A DNA stretch of 64,000 nt. It comes from Mustelus asterias (lineage: Eukaryota). The notes beneath the pieces were generated by a model that saw only the letters and a program-made list of their open reading frames with translations, was not told the origin of the DNA and made no database searches. Shown here piece by piece: positions 1 to 11,100 of this stretch (positions are counted from its first letter, which is position 1; each line of letters opens with the position of its first letter). Location of the stretch: the NCBI RefSeq assembly GCF_964213995.1, contig NC_135803.1:141050001-141114000 (forward strand). The letters run 5' to 3'. The translations under genes and the position numbers were made by a program.

Positions 1-1419
1 AATAAAAACTGCAGAGGGTGCTCCATGAAAGATCTACAGCAGAGTGAGAAGAAAAAGTTGCAGGGTGGAAAAGAAGAATGAAATAGGGGAGAGATTAAAG
101 TACTCATGTGAAGAAAATTGATCTGTACCAATGTCTCAAAATGTGCAAACAATATGACAAAATCTCAGGATCCCAATGCCGACACTATTGTCAAGCCTCC
201 AAGATCAATTTTTAGTGCTGCCAAAACCTCAAAGCAGACCATATACTACTTGAACTGCCAATGCAATATGGAAACCTCGCAAAGCCTGTGCCAGTTTGAT
301 GAAATCACAAACCCATTTTGCCAATACCCAGGCCCAGTTACATCAGGGTTATGTAAACCAAGCAGCCCTATGCCAATCCAAGAAAATGCAAAAGGTTATT
401 CCCCTCATTGTTCTGGTAAACACCAAGGAACTACCTGGTGCATCCATCCTACTACATTGTAGTGCATCTTGGCTTTACAACTGCCAAAATGCATAAAAAT
501 TGGATACATAGCTAAGTCAATGTAATAATAACAAGCTGCAGAAATGTACAAACAATGCACAAGGTCACTGAACACAAAAAAGATGAAGTCAAAACATCAA
601 TTCTCAAAACACCTATAAAAATCCTAAAGTAATCCTAAAGTATCCGGAAGAACTGCAATGGATGTTCTGGGATTTGCAGTGTGGGATACTTCAAAGTTGT
701 ACATCATTGAAAGGTTGTTGAAAATATTCAGTAGGTATAACAGCATCTGTGGAAAGAGAAAATCAGAGTTAACGTTTCAGGTCTGTGATGTTAGCTCTCT
801 TTCTCTCTTTACAGATGCTGCCAGACTTACTGAATACGTCTAGCATTTTCTGTTTTATTTCAGATTTCCAGTATTTTGCTTTAGTCTTGAAAGGTTGGTC
901 TTGGGACCTTGCTGCAATCAAATTGGTTACTATGTTTACCTATTTAGGTGTCAGCATGGCTCAGTGGTAGCACACTCACCGCAGTCAGATCACAGAATCA
1001 AGCCCTTCTCCAAAGACTTGAACACATGGTCATCAGTGTAGTGGGGTAGGGGGAGGGGTTCTTTCTGAGAGGGCTTTAAAATAACATGGTATTGTTTGAT
1101 GATGAACAGGGAGCTCTCCAAGTGTCCATTTATCTCTCAACCAATATTATCAAAAAGCTTTGACAAAAGGCCATGGGCCTGAAAATTTAACTCAGTTCCC
1201 TTCCCAATGCTGTCTAACCGTCGGAGTATGTCCAACATTTTTTGACTTATTTCAGCTTTATAGTATCTGCACTATTTTGCTTACATACCATTAGAAAGTG
1301 TATTATTTTGCTACTCATCTCAGCACTATTTCTGTTAATTGTTGGATTAATAAAGCATAGAAACATTGAAACTAGGCACAGGAGAAGGCCATTTGGCCTT
1401 TCATGTTGGCTCCGCCATT

Positions 1420-2472
1420 CATAAGAACATAAGAACCAGGAGCAGGAGTAAGCCATCTGGTCCCTCGAGCCTGTTCCGTCATTCAATAAGATCATGGCTG
1501 ACCTTTTCGTGGACCCAGCTCCACTTACCCGCCCGCTCACCATAACCCTTAATTCCTTTACTGTTCAAAAATTGATCTATCCTTGTCTTAAAAACAGTCA
1601 CTGAGGTAGCCTCACCTGCTTCACTGGGCAGGGAATTCCAGATTCACAACCCTTTGTGTGAAGAAGTTCCTCCTCAACTCAGTCCTAAATCTGCTTCCCC
1701 TTATTTTGAGGCCATGCCCCCTAGTTCTAGTTTCACCCACCAGTGGAAACAACTTCCTTGCTTCTATCTTATCTATTCCCTTCATAATCTTATATGTTTC
1801 CATTAGATCTCCCCTCATTCTTCTGAATTCCAATGAGTAGCCCCAGTCTACTCGGTTTCTCCTCATAAGCCAACTCTCTCAACTCTGGAATCAACCTAGT
1901 GAATCTCCTCTGCACCCCCTCAGTGCCAGTATATCCTTTCTCAAGTAAGGAGACCAAAACTGTACACAGTACTCCAGGTGTGGCCTCACCAGCACCTTAT
2001 ACAGCTGCAACATAACCTCACTGTTTTTAAGCTCCATCCCTCTGGCAATGAAGGACAAAATTCCATTTGCTTTCTTAATTACCTGCTGCACCTGCAAACC
2101 AACTTCTTGTGATTCTTGCACAAGGACACCCAGGTCCCTCTGCACAGCAACATGCTGCAATTTTTTACCATTTAAATAATACTCCATTTTGCTGTTACTC
2201 CTACCAAAATGGATGACCTCACATTTACCAACATTGTACTCCATCTGCCAGACCTCCACCCACTCAGGCTATCTATATCTCTTTGCAGACTTTCAGCATC
2301 CTCTGCACACTTTGCTCTGCGCAGTGTCATCTACGAATTTTGACACACTACACTTGGTTCCCAACTCCAAATCATCTATGGAAATTGTAAACAATTGCGG
2401 TCCCAACACTGATCCCTGAGGCACATCACTAGTCACTGATCACCAACCAGAAAAACACCCATTTACCCCCAC
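1420..2472 (-). mobile_element. CR1-type LINE 3' fragment
   Basis: [40 protein letters not shown]; (TTCTTATG)-type tail. Confidence 0.9.
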
Positions 2473-2479
2473 TTAATAT

Positions 2480-3050
2480 TCAATATGAACATGGCTGATC
2501 CTTGATCTCAGTGCCATAATCCTGCTTTCTCTCCATACTCCTTGATGCCATAAAAATCTAAAAAACATTCTACCTCTTTATTGAATACATTCAGTTACTA
2601 GGCTTCCATAGCCTTCTGTGGTAGAGAATTCCACAAGTTCACTACCTTTTGAGTGAAGACATTTTTCCTCATCTCAGTCCTAAATGATCTACCTTGTATC
2701 CTGAGATTGTGTTCCCTGGTTCTAAATTCTCCAACCAGGGAAAACATCCTCCCTGCATCTAGTCTGTCCAGTCCTGTTAGAATTTTAGATGTTTCGATCA
2801 GCTGTCTTCTCATCCTTCTAAACTTTAGTGAATGCAGGCCCAGTCGAACCGATCTCTCCTCATAGGACAGTCTCACCAACTCGCCACTGCACTCCCTCTA
2901 CGGCAAGTATTTTCTTTCTTGGGTAGGGAGACCCATATTGCATGCAATATTCCAGGTTGGTTTCACCAAGGCCCTGTATAGCTGCACTGAGACATTTCAA
3001 CTTCTGAACTTAAATCCTCTTGCAATGAAGGCCAACATACCATTTGCCAT
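2480..3050 (-). mobile_element. Older CR1 3' fragment
   Basis: [27 protein letters not shown]. Confidence 0.8.
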
Positions 3051-4769
3051 GTCCCCGTTGGTACAGAACTGATGCAAACTCTATCAATGTGATATCAGTG
3101 GGAAGCCCGCTAATTATGTTTTAATATATGTTAATTTGGTTCTCAACCAGAAAAGTTAAAAGTTTATTTATTAGTCACAAGTAGGCTTACATTCACACTG
3201 CAATTAAGTTACTGTGAAAATCCCCTAGTCGCCAGACCCCAGCGCCTGTTCAGGTGCAATGAGGGAGAATTTAGCATGGCCAATGCACCTAACCTGCACA
3301 TCTTTGGACTTTGGGAGGAAACCCACACAGACACAGGGACCCAGAGGAAACCCACACAGGGAAAACGTGCAAACTCCACACCGACTGTGACCAAGCTGGG
3401 AATCGAACCCGGATCCCTGGCGTTGTGAGGCAGCAGTGGGAATCCCATTACGTCAATGCCAACAGGAAATCCCACCAGCATAATAGCTGTTCAGAGACTC
3501 CTCTTAGATTCTCCGCTCCCACCAGCTTTCCCGTCTGCTGAAAACGGGGTGGAAAAGTCCCCACACTGTCTTTTCGTGCTGCGATGAGTAACATTCTGCA
3601 TTTGAATTCAGAATCCCAAACTGTTAGGCAATCCCATCGTGCACTTTACAAACAATTACGATTATGGAGTCTGCTTCAGCTATTGATGATAATATTGGTA
3701 AAGATAGAAATGTTATTCTTGGGAACTACTAAGGCCTTTAAAGTCATACTCGTTGCATAAAGTCTCTTAATATGTTCTGAAAAAGATGTGGGTGGGTGCA
3801 CTATATATAATTAGTTGAGTTTACACACTGACTCACAGCATGCTTTTAATGATTGCATGGCATGTCAATCTATTCCCATATTATTTACAATAACAGTAGG
3901 TCATAACAATAATCCATCTGTTTACACGGAGAAAGCATTCAAACTTCCTTGCAGAGTGGGAGAATAAGCAACCTTTTTCAGTTAAACAAACACACCACTA
4001 CAATAGAAAACACGCTTGATGGTCAGCTCCTTTCCTACCCCACACTAAAGAATGCCAAGTTAGCCCACACAACAGTCCTTCACAAAAAGTGATATAAAGG
4101 CAAAATACTGTGGATGCTGGAAATCTGAAATAAAAAACAAAAAAATATTGGGAGAACCTCAGCAGGTCTGGCAGTATCTGTGGAGAGAGAGAGAGAGCGA
4201 GTTAACATTTCGAGTCGATACGATTCTTCTTCAGAGTCAAAAGCGATATGCTGGGTGCATAATGTCCTTTATCATATAAACTGCCAGCCCTTTTAAAATC
4301 TTTTGCAAGTTGGGAAAGATGATAGTTTATTTGCATTCTTGATGACAATTCAAGTGCACAGCTGTAAGTGGGTTTAGGAGACTGCTGCCACAGCATTGGC
4401 TTCCTCGCACAGCCAATGTTTAAAATCAATTTAGAACAAAGGAAATAAATTTATAGTTACTTTGCGAGGAAAACACGGGATCACACGTGTGACTGGGCAT
4501 CTTCAGGGAAGGTGGAACACTGCACACGTTTACAGTTCATTTGCAAAAGGGAGAGGAAAGATCCACTTGGTGAGAATTAGAGACTGTAAAGCAAACCCGC
4601 AGGAAACCAATAAAGTCAGATACTAACAGCAAACACTTTAATCAAGGAGTAGTGTTGAAACTTTTTACCCACATCACTGCAAAGCCATGAAAATCCAACT
4701 GAGCATCCAACTGCCAACTCAACACAGGAGACAACAGGCAGGCTGCCCAGCCCACTGCCTGAATCACAC

Positions 4770-5160
4770 ACAGCCTTCACAACCAAGGACACGACATGGG
4801 ATAACAATATCCCGCCGGGTTTATCATTCTCGAGGAATTGCTGACGATTGTACTTGATTTTTTTTTAAAAACAAAAAAACCTCGCGGCAGTGCGATTTTG
4901 TGCCGGCAGCGATGAGGTCGGCCCGCTGGTTGCTGAGGCGGCGGGGGTCCTTCGGGAAGTGATTGCGTATCCTTCAGGCGACGAAGCTTCTGGAAAGAGC
5001 AGAGCGGCTGGGAAGGAGCGAGCCGGAGAGGGACCGAGCGGCTGGGAGGGAGCGAGCCGGAAAGGAACGGCGCATTCCGGCTCCCAAAATGCTGTCCTAC
5101 GCGAAGTCGTTCCCGACCCACATGGTAAGCGGGGCTGAGGAGCCCCGGGGGAAAGGGAGG
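4770..5160. promoter_or_regulatory. CpG island / SPCS1 promoter and 5' UTR
   Basis: High CpG density in otherwise CpG-poor DNA, directly around the SPCS1 start. Confidence 0.7.
5089..5124 (+). CDS. SPCS1: SPCS1 coding exon 1
   Basis: aaaATG...CACATG|gtaagc in a CpG-rich region; [12 protein letters not shown]. Confidence 0.93.
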
Positions 5161-8100
5161 GAAGCCCGCCAGCTGGATCCCCCATCCCCCGCCAGCTGGA
5201 TCCCCCATCCCCCGCCAGCTGGATCCCCCATCCCCCGCCAGCTGGATCCCCCGATCCCCCGCCAGCTGGATCCCCCGGCAGCTGGATCCCCCATCCCCCG
5301 CCAGCTGGATCCCCCATCCCCCGCCAGCTGGATCCCCCGATCCCCCGCCAGCTGGATCCCCCATCCCCCGCCAGCTGGATCCCCCATCCCCCGCCAGCTG
5401 GATCCCCCGCCCCTTGCCCACTAGAATTTGACGGGAAGGTCAGATTGAGAGTCCTTATCCCTAGGGGATTTTCCTCCGAAGACTGCCCTTTCTGTGGCCT
5501 TGTGGAGTCCGTGGACCATGTCTATGTTTTGTGTCTTAGACTGCACTCCCTTTTTGTTTTCCTAAAGAACCTTTTATTGATGTTCTGTTTGTGCTTCAGT
5601 CCCACGCTCCTGATCTACGGACACCCGGTGTGGAGAGGGGAGGGTCGGGATGGCGACCTCCTCGTGAACCTGTTCCTGGGCCTAGCGAAACGTGCCATTT
5701 ACTGGTCCAGGCAGCGGGCGATCGAGGGGGCCGTCCATCCTGACTGTCTGCCCCTCTACCGCGGCTACGTTCATGGCCAGGTGTCCCTGGAGAGGGAGCA
5801 TGCGGTGTCCACGGGCACGGTTGACGCCTTCTGCGCCCGTTGGGCACTGCAGGGGTTGGGGTGCGTTATTGACCCTGACAATCACATTTTAATTTGATGT
5901 TTTTAAGTTTCCTTTCTACTTTGATTTCTGTTCGGGCTGTACCCCCCTCCTTTTGGGGAGCTGCCCCTTTTGCTTTGTCCTGACTCAATCTGAATTTGTT
6001 TATTTGGTTTGACCTAAAAAGAGGCCTAGGGGATTTTCACAGTAACTTCATTGCAGTGTTAATGTAAGCCCACTTATGGCACTAATAAAATAGTAAGAAG
6101 TCTCACAACACCAGGTTAAAGTCCAACAGGTTTATTTGGTAGCAAATACCAGCAATGAGTATTTTAGAACAGAGACCACTCCATCTGACGAAGGAGCATT
6201 GCTCCGAAAGCTTATGGTATTTGCTACCAAATAAACCTGTTGGACTTTAACCTGGTGTTGTGAGACTTCTTACTGTGCTTACCCCAGTCCAACGCCGGCA
6301 TCTCCACATCATGACTAAAATAAACAGCCATTAAGGAGAGCGTGTTCAGCCTTGACCCTTTCGGTTGCATTATCCTCCTTAAACATGAATTTGGGGGATG
6401 GCCATCCCTTGGTGGATAGCACTTCCACCCTTTGCCTCAACAGGTTGTGGGTTCAACTCCACTCCACTACATGAATATGGCAATACGCAGTGGGCACCAT
6501 ACTGCAACACTAAGGGAGTTCTGCATTATTGGAGGTACTGTTTTTCAGATGAGAAATTAAACCAAGGTACCATCTGCACTCACAAATGGGTGTAAATGGC
6601 ATGGTGTCACAGTGGTTAACACTGCTGTTTCACAGCGCCAGGAACCTGGGTTCGATTGCTGGCTTGGCTCATTGGCTGGGTGGAGTCTGCACGTTCCCCC
6701 CGTGTCTGCGTGGGTTTCCTCCAGGTGCTCCGGTTTCTTCCACCGTCCAAAAGACGTGCTGGTTAGGTGCATTGGCCATGCTAAATTCTCCCTCAGTGTA
6801 CCCAAACAGGTGCCGGAGTGTGGTGACTCGGGGATTTTCACAGTAACTTCATTGCAGTGTTACTGTAAGTCTACTTGTGACGCTAATAAATAAACTTTAA
6901 AATATCCCATGCTATTGTTTTGAATACAACCAAGGAAGTTATCCCCAGTGTCCTGGCTAATATTTTTCCCTCAATTGGCATCACAAAACAGATTATTTAG
7001 GTCATTATCACCTTGAGGTTTGTGTGTGTTGCTGTGTTAAATTGATGGCTGTGTTTCCTACATTGAACAACTGTGACTACACTTCAAACAAAACTTTGGC
7101 TGTAAAGTGCTTGGGAATGTCTGCTAGTCGTGAAAGGCACTATATAAATGCAAGTCTTTCTTTCATTTAAAGGAAAGTTAGATAAGGTGATGAGGGAGAA
7201 AGGAACTGGATATGCAAACAGTGAGAGTAGGTAGGGTGGAAGGAGGTTTATGTAGAGTATTAATACTGGCACAGATCAGCTGGGCTGAACGGTCTGTACC
7301 CATGCTGTAAATTCTATGTAAATACAGAACAGTCACCATCGAATGGATTTAAAGCCTCACAAGAAAAGGCTCACCAGCATTGGACATATGGATTGTTTAG
7401 TCTAGAGACCCTCCAGCTGTTTAGGATGATGTGATGAGTGCTATACCACTAATGTGTTGTATAACAGAATGGAACAGCAGTAATAAGAGTATAATTTTGG
7501 AGTGCAGCCAATCTGAATAGTGCAGAATGAGGCAATGGGAAAATAGTCCATGAGGTTATCCCCTACAAAAACAAACTAATTGGGAAAAAATGCCTGCTTC
7601 TGTCCATTTAGATACTTATCTGTACACCATAATGCTCCACAATCTCAAGATGCAAAGAAAACTCAGGCCAATTTACGACGCTCTTATTCCTGAGATCAAT
7701 CTAGCCAGCCACTCGAAACTCTTGGTAATAATTTGAAAAGTTACCTTTTGGGTTGCATCAAAAAGGAATCTGTGGAGTCAGGGGAAACAGACTGCTGGTC
7801 TGTATTATTTCTTCATTGCGTGCAGAGTTGAGAAGCTGCAGGAAAAAAGGCGCTGTAACTATCATCAATATTTGCACATTCAAGTTCAAGTAAAATGATA
7901 TTTAAAAGTCCTGTGAAACTAAAATTAGTTAAATATCTTATTCAATGTATATGTTGCATCTACATGCACTGCAGTGTGATTGTTGAGATGACAGCAAATT
8001 TTGCTCCACCCTACAAGGTTCTCCTTAGATCTGGGCGCTTGTGCCAAAATTGAGAGAGCTGCCTCTCAGACTAGTCAAGTAGCAGCTTGCATAGTTGTAC

Positions 8101-11100
8101 TGATGGAATCGTACCGTACAATATCTCAGGCACCACCATCACTATCCCTGGGTATGTCCTGTCACACCAGTGTGGGACACCTGCAGAAGGTGTGGCACAG
8201 TGTTATACAGTCAGCAGGGGGCTGTTTTGGGGTGTCCTCAACATGACTCCAGATCCCATGAAGTCTTATGGCATCAGGTCAAATATGGACAAGGAAACCT
8301 GCTGATCACCGTGTTCCAGCACCCTGTGGTGCACCCCCCCCCCCCCCAACCCCGCCTAAGCTGATGAATCCGTACTCCTCAAAGTTGAACATCAGTTGGA
8401 GGATGCACTGAGGGTGGCAGGGACGCAGAATATACTGTGGGCCTGGGTCTTCAGTACTCATCAAGAGTAGCTCAGTGGCACCATTACTGTTTATTTTGAA
8501 GTTTGTTTATTTATTAGTGTCACAAGTAGGCTTACATTTACACTGCAATGAAGTTACTGTGAAAATCCGCTAGTCGCCACAGTCCGACGCCTGTTCGGGT
8601 ACACTGAGGGAGAATTTATCATGACCAATTCAGCTGACCTGCACATCTTTAGACTGTGGCGGAAAACCGGAGCATCCGGAGGAAACCCCCACAGACATGG
8701 GGAGAATGTGCAAACTCCACACACAGTGACCCAAGCTGGGAATCGAACCCGGGTCCCTGGTACTGTAAGGCAGCAGTGCTAACCGCTGTGCCACCGTGCC
8801 GCCCCTAAATCAAAGTGGAGACTGTGAGCATTCCGACCGAGCTGGTTGAGTTCTAAAGGACATAACTACTAGACTGGGTGCATGGCAGATGAAGTAACCA
8901 TCAAGGAGGAAAAACATATTTGACCTCTTCCTCACCAACCTGTCTGCTGCAGATGCATCTGTCCATGACAGTATTGGTACGAGTGACCAGTGCACAGTCC
9001 TTATGGAGACAACGTTTGTCTTCACACTGAGGATACCCTCCATTGTGCTGTGTGACACCACTACCGTGCTAAATGGGATAAACTTTGTATAGATCAAGCA
9101 ACTAGAGATTGGGCACCCATGAGACACTCTGGGGCAGCAACAGAGTTGTACTCAACCACAATCTGTAACTTCAAGGCCTTCCATATCCCCCTGGTCAATC
9201 CTGGTTCAATGAAGAGTGCAGGAGGGCATGCCAGGAGCAGCATCAGGCATCCCTAAAATTCAGTTGTCAATCTGGTGAAGCTACAACACAGGACTGTATT
9301 GTATCATTGTTTGAGTGCATAATGCATCTTGTTAATTTGCTTAATCTACATAATTTATTTTCCTTTGTAGGACTACAAGGGACAACAATTAGCAGAGCAA
9401 ACTTTTCAACGTGTAATTGTTGCATCCGCTGTAAGTATGCTTATTTTTAAAGTTGAAGACAATTTGGCCTTTAATTTGAAATTACAGTATTTATTTTCTT
9501 TGATAGATTATTGGCTTCATTTATGGTTACATGATTGAGCAGTTTGGATGGACTGTTTACATTGTTCTGGCTGGTTTTGTCATTTCATGCTTGGTAAGTT
9601 ATAGAAATGATCTTCAATTGATTATTGTAATTGCAGCTTATTGTGTAGTTTTTTAAAAGTTATTTTTGTGCAGTAACAAAATAAGTAACTTTGCTTCAAA
9701 GCAAAAATCCAAATTTTGATGATTTTCAGTTCAATCAATATACACAACAAAAATGTTAATTTATCTGGTCTTGCTGTTCAGTTTCAACACATTTAAGAAG
9801 AAAAAACCTTTGGTATTTTCTACATATTTGAGTTTTTAAATGTTCCTTAATGTGTATCTTAAGAATCATTTGAAGACTACCATCAGTAGCAGTGTGTAAC
9901 TATTACATATAGGCTAAATCATCTCAGATTTGGTTTGTGTTCTGTACTTCTGGTTGAGCTTTCAGCTAAGGTGGCAGGAGGGAGTTAACTCAAAATATAT
10001 GACCCCAAATAATACCCCAGTTTCAGGAAAATAGGGAAGAAAACTACATAAAAGTTATTGAGAAATAACAACACCGAACAGGCCATTTGGAACGACCAGT
10101 TCATATTGCTACGTGCCCTCCACCACACAAGTAGTCGTCCCGTTTGCCTATCCTGTTGCCATATCTCTCTTCAAATTTTCATTCACCTTTCTAACCTATT
10201 CTTAAATATTGACATGGTCTCTGCTTCAGTTATTAACAGTAAGAAGTTTAACAACACCAGGTTAAAGTCCAACAGGTTTATTTGGTAGCAAAAGCCACAC
10301 AAGCTTTCGAGGCTCTGAGCCCCTTCTTCAGGTGAGTGGGAATTCTGTTCACAAACAGAACTTATAAGACACAGACTCAATTTACATGAATAATGGTTGG
10401 AATGCGAATACTTACAGCTAATCCAGTCTTTAAGAAACAAAACAATGGGAGTGGAGAGAGCATCAAGACAGGCTAAAAAGATGTGTATTGTCTCCAGACA
10501 AGACAGCCAGTGAAACTCTGCAGGTCCACGCAACTGTGGGAGTTACAAATAGTGTGACATAAATTCTGATTCTAGGATCGCATGATAAAGACTCAGGAGG
10601 AAAAAAGCAGAAATATTTATGTGAAATAGTGTGACATAAACCCAATATCCCGGTTGAGGCCGTCCTTGTGTGTGCGGAACCTGGCTATCAGTTTCTGCTC
10701 CGCGACTCTGCGCTGTCGTGTGTCGCGAAGGCCGCCTTGGAGAACGCTTACCCGAATATCAGAGGTCGAATGCCCGTGACCGCTGAAGTGCTCCCCAACA
10801 GGAAGAGAACAGTCTTGCCTGGTGATTGTCGAGCGGTGTTCATTCATCCGTTGTCGCAGCGTCTGCATAGTTTCCCCAATGTACCATGCCTCGGGACATC
10901 CTTTCTTGCAGCGTATCAGGTAGACAACGTTCTCCAAGGCGGCCTTCGCGACACACGACAGCGCAGAGTCGCGGAGCAGAAACTGATAGCCAGGTTCCGC
11001 ACACACAAGGACGGCCTCAACCGGGATATTGGGTTTATGTCACACTATTTCACATAAATATTTCTGCTTTTTTCCTCCTGAGTCTTTATCATGCGATCCT

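Noticed and set aside
1242-1424. + strand hydrophobic ORF vaguely like a glycosyltransferase signal anchor
   Set aside because: No ATG or splice support, runs into a CR1 tail, and is on the wrong strand for the expected neighbour.
4777-5424. ORFs of 96-214 aa across SPCS1 exon 1
   Set aside because: Products of the 23-bp repeat and high GC content; only 5089-5124 is coding.
7745-7835. Minus-strand exon-like segment with good AG/GT sites inside SPCS1 intron 1
   Set aside because: Stops in all three frames and no partner exons; at most a non-coding exon.
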